Assembly (NCBI GenBank): GCA_964270895.1
Contig: OZ185437.1
DNA length: 64,000 nucleotides
Direction: 5' to 3' (one strand)
Source: Podarcis filfolensis
Taxonomy: Eukaryota
Of the stretch, positions 25,378 through 36,782 are shown piece after piece. Both the position numbers and the translations under genes were made by a program. Every line of letters begins with the position of its first letter. Within the stretch, counting starts at the first letter, position 1. The notes under the pieces were generated by a model. It did no database searches. It had not been told where the DNA came from and saw only the letters and a program-made list of their open reading frames with translations.

Positions 25378-27753
25378 CATGTTTAGCATCTTTATTGTAT
25401 AGTTTTCCCCATATGCTCTTTACCTTGGCCTTTGACAGTTTAGCTGCTTTTGGGGGTGGGGGGGTTGCAACCCACCTCTTTTGCTGACCTGATATTCCAT
25501 TGTTCCATTTTGGAATGTTTTTATCTTTGTTTGTTTTTAAAAATGTGATTTTTATCAGTTTTTAAATGTATTTATGGTGAAGGGTGGGTGATAAAGCTAG
25601 CTAGCTAATTAATTAATTAATTCCATGATGCTGGAGTGATCATGGTGTGCTTCTGACAGGAGAAGTGAAGGGCCCTATGTGGAATACAAAATGGTGGGAA
25701 ATTATTATCTCCCACCCTCCAACCTTCTGCTCCAGGCAGCAGCAGGAGGCAGGGCTGCACATGCCACAGAAAACCCACCACTCTGGGCCCCAGTGAGGAT
25801 TGGCCAATTTTGTTTGCTCCTGGAAAGGATTTCAGCTGCTGGAGTTTATTTGCTGTTGCTTTGTCCTGTATTTTATGTTGCAGGTTTAATGCAGGCATAA
25901 ACAAAGCTTAATTTGTATTTTGAATATGGATAGTCTTCATTTCTGAGGAAGAAGATTTTAAAAATAATAAACTAATAACTTGAGGTTGGGCGTTCTGGAT
26001 ATTAGTATCCTACAGTAGCTCTCTTTCTGCTGCAAACACTATAGTGTGTGTGTAGCGAGACAACTTCAGTGATTGCTGCTTCTGCCTCATGTTATTTACT
26101 GCTTCTTAGGACTTGCTTGCTGCTGAAGTGAAGAGCGCCAACATTTCAGCTGACTTTGGCACTGTGACGGTATCTCCCAGTGTTTTTCCCAATTTCCCCC
26201 ACCCTGGTTTTATTTAACACTGCTAGATGCTGCAGTGCTGTTTCACAGTGGTTTTATATTCTTGCTTTGCTACTAAATGGCTTTTTCTCTTTCCACCCAC
26301 CCATCCTCCGTAGTGCAGCTTTGCAGACGAATGTGTGAGACAGTCAGACAGCAGTCTTCCCATTTGCTCAAACTGCTCTACTGAAGGTATCAATTTCCTG
26401 TCTCACAGGAAATGTCACATCAATAAGATTTCAGCTAAAAGAATTAATTAAAAGGTTCATTCTTGAAGCTGTTCTTCGGCGTACATGGTTGTAAAGTTTC
26501 AGTCTTTTCAAAAAGCTATACATTCCCATTCCAGTAACATTTCTAATAAACATGAATGCTTTCATCTTCTCCCTCTGAGCATTTTTGGTCCATTGTAGTA
26601 TTTAATATAATTTGGGTTTCACTAAGCATCTTTATAGTCTTTCCTGGTCCATGCCAATCAAATGGTGGAGGGCCCGTATACGCTGTTATCTATACACCTA
26701 ATTTCAAGTTGCAACTGACAGGAAAAAAATATACGCAACTCTGTTAAAATAGATGTGGACCTGAATGTGCAGGAGCGTGAGATTTCCCTTTGCCAATGGT
26801 CAGTTGCTGAAGGACTAGCCTCACACATTTGCAACAGGGCTCTTCCAGACGTCCTCCTGACTTACTTTCTGGTTCATAGCAGGACATGCAGCAAAAAGTA
26901 CCTCAAAAGAAAAAAAATCTTCCCTTTGTGGGGGTCTAGGTGAACCTGGTCGTTCAGGACATAATAGCAGCCTGCATAGATATTGCTGGTTCATCTGGAG
27001 CAGCTGCAGAAACCATAACTGGCACTCTGAACGTGCAGATTTTCAGTGACCAACACTTTCATTCAGAACATCAATTTCTCTGAAAGCACTATGTCTGGAA
27101 GTGCCTTTAACATCTTTGTGCTCTTTCTCTTTGTGCCCTTTCTCTTTTGAAGAGAATGTTTATCCCCCCAAAACCCCATTTGAAAGCAGATACCCAGATC
27201 ATTGTGAATGGTTGCATGTTGCTGAAGCATAAAAGAAAGGAGATTCCTCTTTAAAGCGTAAATGTCTTGTTTCCTAATGTATAATTGATGATGTTTTGAA
27301 AATGTTTTATGGACAGAACTCCACACATTGCAGTCTAATCTCCACTGAATTAGAATAAAAGCAGACGAAAGTGGTTACCCGGGGCTATTAAACAAAATGT
27401 TTTGTAATATGTATATTTGGACCTATTTTTGCCCTGAAACATTTTTCTCTTGTGAATTGCTTGTGTCAGCCTATTCATTTATCCTCTTCATAGCATATCC
27501 ACTAGAAGCAGAAAACATATAATATGGCATTCATGTTCATGAGGTTCTTTAGTACATGGCACTGATTTACTTATGTCTGTAGCTAGAGTGTCAAATGTAA
27601 AAAGAAGAGTTTTCACATAAAATTTAAGAGAGGGAATTCCAAAGTCTTCAGCATGCTTCTGCATACCAGTTGCCAGAACCCGCAGGGGAACTCAGGTCCT
27701 CCTCCTCACCTCAGGTTTCCCACGGGAATCTGGCTGGCCATAGTGAAAACAGG

Positions 27754-28140
27754 TAAAGGTAAAAAGGTATAGGATCCCTGGATGGTTAAGTCCAGTCAAA
27801 GGCGACTATGGGGTTGCGGCGCTCATCTCGCTTTCAGGCCAAGGAAGTCGGCGTTTGTCCACAGCCAGCTTTCCGGGCCATGTGGCCAGCATGACTAAAC
27901 CGCTTCTGCCGCAACGGAACACCATGACAGAAACCAGAGCACACAGAAACACCACTAACCTTCCCGCCAGAGCAGTACCTATTTATCCACTTGCACAGGC
28001 ATGCTTTAGAACTGCTAGGTTGGCAGGAGCTGGGACAGAGCAACAGGAGCTCACTCCGTTGCGGGGATTCGAACCGCCGACCTTCCGATCGGCAAGCCCA
28101 AGAGGCTCAGTGGTTTAGACCACAGCGTCACCCGCGTCCC
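27754..28140 (-). mobile_element. Full-length Sauria-type SINE with a 13-bp TSD
   Basis: Head gggacgcgggtgacgctgtgg on the - strand; TSD tagtgaaaacagg at 27741-27753 and 28141-28153. Confidence 0.92.
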
Positions 28141-28545
28141 TAGTGAAAACAGGATGGTGGACTAGATGGACTATTGGGCTGATCCAGCAGGGCTTGTCTC
28201 ATGTGCTTATGACATAAAAAGCTGAGTTTGCTTCACTCACCTAACCTATGATGATGTTTTAGCTGGTATGCCCCCAAAAGCAGATGTAGAATTGGGTCTG
28301 GTGCATAGATGCAGCACTACTTACTTCAGCTTTAAAGCAAAAGGGCAAGCACAGGAAGAAAGAGAAAACTTGTTTTAGGATGCATCCACTGTGTGAATTC
28401 TGCTGTTTACAAAACTGAGATACTGGCATGATCCACCCGTCATACAAAATTTCACCTGCTTTCCTTAAGAGTGTGTGGGAAGGGCTCCATGCTAAACTAA
28501 TAGAGCATGATGAATAAGAGATGATGGCGGTGTTTTGTTTTGCAG

Positions 28546-28658
28546 GAACACTGCGCTGCTGATGTGGAGCCAATTACCTTGGAAGGCGGCAAGCAATTTG
28601 GCCTCTCAAGGAACAGTCATATTGCAGTTGCATTTGATGACACCAAAGTTAAGAATAA
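28546..28658 (+). CDS. LAMA2: LAMA2 coding exon (exon 59 equivalent), start of LG4
   Basis: ttttgcag|GAACAC...AATAA|gtatgt; 113 nt; EHCAADVEPITLEGGKQFGLSRNSHIAVAFDDTKVKN. Confidence 0.96.
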
Positions 28659-29767
28659 GTATGTTCCATACTTTTGAGATGATATGGTGGTGAAACGCAT
28701 TGTGGTAGAGTAGTGTGGGATGAGTAATGCTGGACATGCTTTTAGGCAGGACAGCCACAATTGAAGGAGCTGTACAAGTTTCTCTTCATTTCATGCTGCA
28801 CAAAATGACCGTTTGAAATGTTCTTGTTCTTCTAAAACTCAGCTCAACAACGTTAGATGCTACACTTAGCAAGAATTCCATGTTAGACTTGAAGCTCTTT
28901 TCCTAAATCAGTGTAGCTCTTTAATATGTGTCTCACTCCTGAAAAAGCCCAACAGAGCAAAAATAATAATAAAGCAAAAGTGCCAAGGAGACAGAATTAA
29001 TTGGTCTATATTTAGCAAGTCACAGACAAGAACATTTCTGTGTTGCTGGAAGTCACTAATTTCCTAGAATTATTTAAACTGCAATCTATGGGCACTTAAA
29101 GCTGCAATCCTATAGACACTTAATCCTATGGGACTAAGAATTATTAAAATCAACGGGAATTGTTTCTGGGGAGATATACATAGGATTACACTATTAAGAA
29201 TCTTTTTTACAGTAAATATTTTGAAGTATGAATTTACACATTTACATATAAACTGATATTTAGAACATCAGTTTCAGTTTCAATTATGTATATAGAAGGC
29301 AGCCTCACAGCCTTCCATGAGTTTTTCTTTGGATGCTAATTATTGTTTGAATTCATCTATTTTATGTTTTTCATTTAAGGGTCTGGACCCAGACTTGCTT
29401 TTGGATGATGGAATGGCTAACCCCATTCTACTTAGAACTCACACCTATCCAGTTCAGTAAACTGAAAACCTGTTTGCTCTTAAAATGATCTATTGGCCTT
29501 TTGTGGGCAGAGGGACAAGTTTTTATCCCTTATTTTTCTGCACCACATAAAGATGATATTGTTCTAGCTCTAAATCAAGTCTATGCAGTAAGTGCATGAA
29601 TACTGTATCCATACACCTTGGCAAGTTCAGAAATAGGAAATGGGTATCTTAGTTTTATTTGTCTTATAAATAATGTTGCCTTTAGCAATGTTAGTTTTAT
29701 GACGAAGAGTGAAAGATAAAGCAGATTAATGCTTCCCGACTTTGTGGTCTTTTTTCCAAATGTATAG

Positions 29768-29957
29768 ACTTACCATTGAATTTGAAATCCGAACTGAGGC
29801 TGAAAATGGGTTGCTCTTCTATATGGCTCGGATCAATCATGCTGATTTTGCCACCGTTCAAATAAAGAATGGCTTTCCATACTTCAGTTATGACCTGGGC
29901 CATGGGAACACCAGCACAATGATTCCTGAGAAAATCAATGATGGCCAGTGGCACAAG
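29768..29957 (+). CDS. LAMA2: LAMA2 coding exon (exon 60 equivalent), LG4
   Basis: aaatgtatag|ACTTACC...CACAAG|gtatga; 190 nt; LTIEFEIRTEAENGLLFYMARINHADFATVQIKNGFPYFSYDLGHGNTSTMIPEKINDGQWHK. Confidence 0.97.
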
Positions 29958-31268
29958 GTATGAAGCAGTGATGGTCAGCACCTATAGAATTAGGTTATGT
30001 GTAGAACGGGGAGGGGAATCCCAAATGAGGAAGCATTGTAGAAGGAATAGATTGGATAGAATCTTAGCTGTCCATAAATGGAATGACTTCTTCTGACATT
30101 TTTGACCCATTGAAGGGATGGATCCCATTGGCAGAAGTGGATAGTATTCCCTCCCCCCAGTCCAACCCTCTCTCTGGAGCAGATTCCTGGATGTTGCCTG
30201 AGACTATAGGGGAAGGTGGGATTGGCAGGAAGCTGTCACCAGTGGGAGCAAAGTCTGGATCCAAATCAAGCAAGGCAGCAAAACAAGAGACACATGAATA
30301 TTCTCATAGGGTTTATTCAAACACAAATGTCATGTGTATTGCAAATGTTGCTATTCACCAGAAGTCCTAGTTGTTAGCTTCTGATTGGCTCCTGTTGAAA
30401 GCAGAATGCTCAGCCAGTTTCGCCCCTGCCTGCCTGCTTGCTCGCTTGGATTAATGTGTTTTCTAAAAGAGCAAACAGTACTATTCCACACCATCACTAG
30501 TATTTCATGGAACATAAGACTATCAATAGCTATTAGCCACTGCCAGAGGGAGGGTACCTCTGAATACCACAAGTCAGGAGAATGTTGTCATAAAAACTCT
30601 GTGGTTATTATGATTGCTTATGCAATGTCTTACATGCCCTTTTCCTAAGCACCTCAGTCCTCAGAATATAACAGTGCAATCCTAAGCGTGTTTGTCAAAA
30701 GCAGACACCAACAGACCTTACTTCTGTGTAGGATTTCAGTCTAAGGGTGCAGAACTATAGTCACCTCAAAGCAAATCCCAGGGAATATTGTGGAACTTAT
30801 TTCTGAGTAAGCATGCATAGGATTGCACTGCACACAGTAGCGGACATTGTGGTGAGGCTTGCCACTCGTCCGACCTCCCATAAGTTGTGTAGAGCGAGAC
30901 TGGCAAGGTGGCAATGGCAAGATTCCTTGATCCAAACACACCATGTCAACCTCCCTGCTGCCTCCGCCACTTTCTTCTTGTAAGCTGCGGCAAAGAGACC
31001 AACCAGCAGTCAAGTGGCACATCGCCACCACACCATCTGCTACTGATAGCACGCAATCCTATTAAGTGAAAGGAAGGTAACTTAGCATTCGTTAAAAATG
31101 AGTGATGTTGCATCACGAACCAAATCATATGCATGTTAACTCAAAAGTAAATTCCACTGTGTTCAATGGGTCTTGCTCTCAAGCAGTATGAATAGGATTG
31201 CAACCTAGATATAGTGGTGGTGGCAGTGGCGGCAACAGTGATGTACTAAGCTTCTATCTTTTTTCCAG

Positions 31269-31424
31269 ATAAAAATATTCCGAACCAAGCAAGAAGGTGT
31301 CCTTTTAGTTGATGGTGCTACAAACAGGACCAGAAGCCCAAAGAAAGCTGACATTTTGGATGTAGTGGGGATGCTGTATGTTGGAGGATTGCCAATTAAT
31401 TATACAACTAAAAGAATTGGTCCC
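31269..31424 (+). CDS. LAMA2: LAMA2 coding exon (exon 61 equivalent), LG4
   Basis: ttttccag|ATAAAA...GGTCCC|gtaagt; 156 nt; IKIFRTKQEGVLLVDGATNRTRSPKKADILDVVGMLYVGGLPINYTTKRIGP. Confidence 0.97.
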
Positions 31425-32736
31425 GTAAGTAAATATGACTTTTTGTGTTTTTTTAAAAATCCTAACACGATGTTAGTTATGTGTTCCGTGACACCACTGT
31501 CAGGCACATGGTGTAGCCATGCTGAACAAAAGACAAGGATGAGCATTTTGCTTCTGGTGTCCTTTAAAAGACTTGAGGTACTCAGTTCAAAAACTGCATC
31601 CTTAACCTCCCCTTTGAGGCTGAGTAACATATTCCTTTCCCAGCAATGCCAATCTGCAGGGGCTAGCAATGCTGGCATGGGGAACATCATTCAGGTGGTC
31701 CAAGCTGTTTCTCTGGTCCAAGGTGTTACCAGAGTGGTATGCATCCATCCATGAGGAAGCAGGTCCCAAGGTGTTCCAGTAATGCCTGAGCTGAGTCCTG
31801 TAGCTGATGTCATGGTGGGGCAGTGGCACAGGTGGAAACACCAGATTGATTCTGCCATTGCATTTACACTGGGCTGACCCCATCCCCACTTCTACCTCCA
31901 AGGAAGCAGCAGCAACAGAAGGTCACGTGAGTGTTCCAGCCCCACCAATCGCTGCTGGCATCTACCCAGGAAACATGAACAAGAGTTTCTGAGAAAAGAA
32001 TCTCTACACTGCCAGTTCAAGGCCTTTGTGTCACAGAGACCTCGGTAGTAATGTGGCTGTGCTGGCCTCTCCTCCCACTATCAAGACACATTTCACAGTG
32101 GGTTGTATGCTGGGCCAGTGAGTGAACTCCTTAAATTACAACCTAGCCTTCACACCAATATTCCACATGTATCTTTTTTATTAAAAAATAATAATCAGCA
32201 ACTGTACTGTATTTATATATAATACAATCTGTTTACCTGATTGTTGAAGACAAAAGAATCTATTTGCATAGGAAAAAGAATAAATCAGTTGACAGATAGA
32301 TTTATCATTGAACAGTAGAGGTTACATGGCTGCATTCTTGTCCAAGAGATGTACAAATGCTAGCAACAGTAATCTCAAAGCATACTTTTGTGATGTGGAA
32401 AATATGTTCTACCCAGGAAAAATATTACATTTTATATTCCTAATGTAATTTGGCAAGCTATTTATACCACACATTTTGTCACCTTTGCTTAAGCTTAGAA
32501 AACTGTGGCCCACATTTTGTGTAATCTAAACCTTAGAATATCCTCTAAGCAACGTTAATGCCTGGATTTTTTGTATAGGAATCATGTAATCAGTCTTGTT
32601 CATTTCAGCAAGCCAAGAACAATGAATTAAAAATGCTAGCTACTCGCCAATGCCATATCTCTGACTTTTTCAGTTGTGGGATGAAAGGATTTTAGATAGC
32701 TGTGCATATACTAACACCTTTTTCACCCTTACTCAG

Positions 32737-32890
32737 GTTGTCTATAGCATTGATGGATGCATGCGAAATTTCCAAATGACAGAGTCTCCTGTCGACCTGG
32801 ATAATCCTACCTCCAGCTACAATGTTGGAAAGTGCTTTGCCAATCCACAGAAAGGAACATACTTTTCAGGAACAGGGTTTGCCAAAACAG
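32737..32890 (+). CDS. LAMA2: LAMA2 coding exon (exon 62 equivalent), LG4/LG5 junction
   Basis: cttactcag|GTTGTC...AAACAG|gtaacg; 154 nt; VVYSIDGCMRNFQMTESPVDLDNPTSSYNVGKCFANPQKGTYFSGTGFAKT. Confidence 0.97.
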
Positions 32891-33819
32891 GTAACGTTAT
32901 GTGAGGTTTTATTCCAAAATAGAGCACCAGGGGATTGTTACAATTGTTCTTCAGAAATCATGGTTGGGCCCTCCCAAGAAGACAGTTGCCTAGGGAGGTA
33001 TGAATATATTGGAGCATAAAGGCTGAGAAGTGAAGAAGCAAAATGAAAGAAATATAGATTTTTATGATGGCCCACAGGGATTGCTACCTGTGCAAGGCTT
33101 GTTGAAATGTACTTTGTTCAACAGCAGTAATATCAGGTCTTGCAAAGGATTGTGGCTATGATTAAATTTACAAAAGTTCTTTTAATGAATGAAAGAATAA
33201 CAAGAGTGTCATTTAAAAGAGCTTGTGCAGTTATAACTATAAACCCCACAACAATTCTAAAACATTGATATATCTGTTTAAATAATCTTATTTTATTTTA
33301 TCAAAGAACATGACTTGGATTCTAACTTTCCTCCCTTGAGTGCAGCAGAATTCACATTCATGGAACAAGGCTTCCTCCTGTCCTCCCCTTCAGCTTCTGC
33401 ACTCCCAAAATCACAATGAACTCTTATATGAACAGAAATGTTCCTATGGTGACAGGCTTATTCAGGTGTTAACTTCACCCCCCCCCGAGGCATTCAAGGC
33501 AGACTGATACCAACAGATTGTGTCTCGAGACAGATGGATACCAACATTTCATGTCCTCATCCTTTATCTTCTACCTCGCTCGGATAGTAGAGCCCACTGA
33601 GGCCCTCAAGCCCAGGCTGAAAGCCAGTCTTCCATTGCTGGCAAATGAACCATTTGTTGAAGGAAAGGGCTTAGGAGTTCAGTGTACCTGTGCCCCATGT
33701 ATTTTCTGTTACTGTGGCAACCACATTATTACAAGTCTTTGTGTGATGTGAAAAAAAATATTACTGGTGTTCTTTCCAAGCCTCTGAACTTGACACAGCC
33801 TTTCTTCCTCACTCCTCAG

Positions 33820-33950
33820 TTGGAGCATATAAAGTAGGATTGGATTTGCGAGTGGAGTTTGAGTTCCGCACAACTCGGACAAATGGCGTCCTCTTGGGGA
33901 TCAGCAGCCAAAAAATGGATGGGCTTGGCATTGAGTTGGTAGATGAAAAT
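33820..33950 (+). CDS. LAMA2: LAMA2 coding exon (exon 63 equivalent), LG5
   Basis: cactcctcag|TTGGAG...GAAAAT|gtgagt; 131 nt; VGAYKVGLDLRVEFEFRTTRTNGVLLGISSQKMDGLGIELVDEN. Confidence 0.97.
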
Positions 33951-35319
33951 GTGAGTATGGAGCTATGAGAATTGTTTCAGACAATCTTCTGTTTATCAAC
34001 CACTTCATGTAAACCAGCTTTACCTAACCTGCTGACTTCTAGATTTTCTGGACTCCAACTCCCATCAGCCCTAGCCAGCATGGCAAATAGACATGGGCAG
34101 GAGTGACTGAGGTGGTGAGCTGGTGCTGCGTACCTGGCTTCACTGCAGAGGAGTGCTGCTGCTTACTGGGACGGGTGAGGCAGTGGGAAGGTGGGAGCAC
34201 CAGATTGGTGATATGTGGCTCATCAGTCGAGCCAATCTCCCCACCACCTCATCCTGCTCCGCCCAGTAAACAGCAGCCCCTGTGCTGCTGGAAGGCCAGG
34301 TGCACAGCACCACACCTCCTTCTTTGCTGCTCCTGGTCAAGAATATGAGAGGAGTTGTAGTCTAAAGCACCTGGAGTTCAACAAGATTTTTGTCTTTATA
34401 CCAGTACTAGGGCTAGGCAATATCATCAATATACCATCCAAAACCGGTTTGAAGTCCATATCATGACAAGTTTCATCATTTTTGACCTGGCTATGCAAAA
34501 AATCACGATGTTTAGCTGAAAACCAGGTATCACCAAGGCACTCTGTACTTCTTGTTAAGTATAAAAAGGGTTTCATTTGGCATTTTGAGGTCTTTGCAGG
34601 TCAACTGAAGAAGCCCAATAGGGTGTTTACATATGGGTGTCTCTCTGACTTGTAAGAGCCTTGCTCCTCTGTCCCACTTTCACGTTTAGAATATCACTTT
34701 AGCACCTTACCAGCTGTGTAGGAATAGGATAACCAGATCCCTCATGATGAAATTTCTGTTTGCCTTTCCAAATCTTAACACGGTTCTTCTAAAGGAAATT
34801 CTGCATAGAAACTATTGTGTGCCACATTGCAGCACAGTTAACAGAGAAACCCTTTGCAAGTTGGTCAAGTTCTCACAAACGCTTGGATCATCAAATCTGC
34901 TGCTGAAACAGTATTTTGTGTCTATTACCCATTTTAGTTTGGCAGCAGTAAATTGACAAACATTATGCCCATAATTTTGAGCTTTCCTGCCAAGATGGGT
35001 TCTAAAGCTGCAAATTAATTTCAAGTGGATCTTTGAGTACAGCACAAATTCATCCATTTATGTTGATTAAGTATTTAAACACTGTTTTAGCTGGAGAGGA
35101 TAACCAAGCCACTACTGCCTTTAATGGGTTAGGATCTGCATCATAAACATGACATATAACAGTCTCTGCTTTTATACCTTGTATATCAACTCATAGCTTT
35201 AAGGCAGATCCCTTCTGACAGCATAGCAGCCAGCCTTGCAATTAGCAGATTACATTTTGTTTTGCTTTGTTTCTAGAGCTAATTGGCTTTCCTAATTGTT
35301 TCTGTAATTTGCTTGCCAG

Positions 35320-35542
35320 GTGATGTTCCATGTCGATAATGGCGCAGGTCGATTCTCTGCCATCTATGAACCTGCTGTTCCAGGTAGCTTGTGTAATGGA
35401 AAGTGGCACAGGATTATAGCACACAAGATGAAGCACCGTTTAATTCTGACAGTAGATGGCCACAACGTAGAAGGGATCAGTCCGAATGCAGCTTCCAGTT
35501 CAGCAGAGACTAATGATCCTGTCTTCGTTGGAGGATATCCTG
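35320..35542 (+). CDS. LAMA2: LAMA2 coding exon (exon 64 equivalent), LG5
   Basis: tgcttgccag|GTGATG...ATCCTG|gtgagt; 223 nt; VMFHVDNGAGRFSAIYEPAVPGSLCNGKWHRIIAHKMKHRLILTVDGHNVEGISPNAASSSAETNDPVFVGGYP. Confidence 0.97.
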
Positions 35543-35639
35543 GTGAGTACACAAGCTCAACATCCAGTGATCGTCAAATAGGGTTTGTTTTTTCAATGTG
35601 TTTCATCCCTGATGGATGACCTCTGCAAAGAGCAGGACA

Positions 35640-36480
35640 GGGAGTGACCTGGCTTCTGATCTCTCATCAGCTTTTGATACTGCATTCACCATGGTACCCT
35701 CCTGAACTGCCTCTGTGGAATGGGAAATGGGACACTATCACAGTGGTTCCTACCTTCAAGGCAGAGTCCAGGACATAGCCTTGGGAGAGTGCCTTTCAGC
35801 CCCCTACACTATTTCCAGCGCTATGTGATATCTACAGGAAGCTGCTGGAAGCAGTCATTAGGAGTTTCAGGGTGAGATGATATCAGTATGTTGATGACAC
35901 TCAGCTCTATTTCTCCAGGACATCTGAGCGTGGAGAGATTGTGCAGTCCCTGGGCCATTGCTGGGATGCAGAGGTGAAATGGATGGTGAAAAGGAAGCTG
36001 AGCTTGAATCTTGAGTAGCTCAGTTGCCTACTCCAGATGGAGTAGCATTCCCCCCCCCCCAACTGAGCAGGTAGTTTGGAGGTGCTTCTGGGTCCAGCTG
36101 TGTCACTGGAGACTCAGCTACTGCAAGTGCCTTTTATGCATTGTGACCGGCTCAACAGCTACAGCCATTTGAGGGTCAGGAAAGCCTTCCCACAGCGGTT
36201 CATCCACTGCTGCAATGCACTCTATGGAGGGCTTCTGTGGCACTTGATCTTTTTTTTGGTGCCTGCTAAAAACATTCCTGTTTAGGCAAGCTTACCCAGA
36301 TGCTTAGGAATTTGAGGTCATTTTAATCTGTTTTAGTGGTTTAACTTTTTGTATATTTTAAAGTAAGGTTGCAAATGTCTGTTGATTTTATTGTTTTACG
36401 TTTTTGTAAACCCGTTGAGGGTGTTGTTGTTTTAAACAATCAAGCAGTCTATGCATATTAAGAAAAATAAATAACATAAA
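35640..36480 (+). mobile_element. L2 LINE fragment with a degraded reverse transcriptase
   Basis: Frameshifted DLSSAFDT...HG.LL motif and cagtatgttgatgacactcagctctat (QYVDDTQLY, the YADD-type catalytic motif). Confidence 0.75.
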
Positions 36481-36610
36481 ATCAGTGGAACTATCTTGAA
36501 AAACACCACCTGATGGTGAAATGGGTAGTCCAGCCAGTTTGTAGTGAATCGAAACTATCCTAAACCACCAAATGTTTGGCAGGTACACAGTTTCCTGTAT
36601 GTGTAACAAG

Positions 36611-36739
36611 ACCAGTTGGGATAGGAAACCTGTGACCAACCTGATGTTGTTGGACTAAGATACCCTAGCAGCCCAAGCCAGCAGTGGCAACAGTCGTAAA
36701 TCAGGACCAATATCTGGAGGGCTACAAGTTCCCCACCTG
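36611..36739. mobile_element. Degenerate hAT-type MITE
   Basis: ggaaacctgtgacc...gatgttgttggact / atctggagggctacaagttcc; same family signature. Confidence 0.5.
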
Positions 36740-36758
36740 TATCTTGGGTTATAAATGA

Positions 36759-36782
36759 AATCAATCAATCAATCAATCAATC
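36759..36782. repeat. (AATC)n microsatellite
   Basis: Direct reading. Confidence 0.95.
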
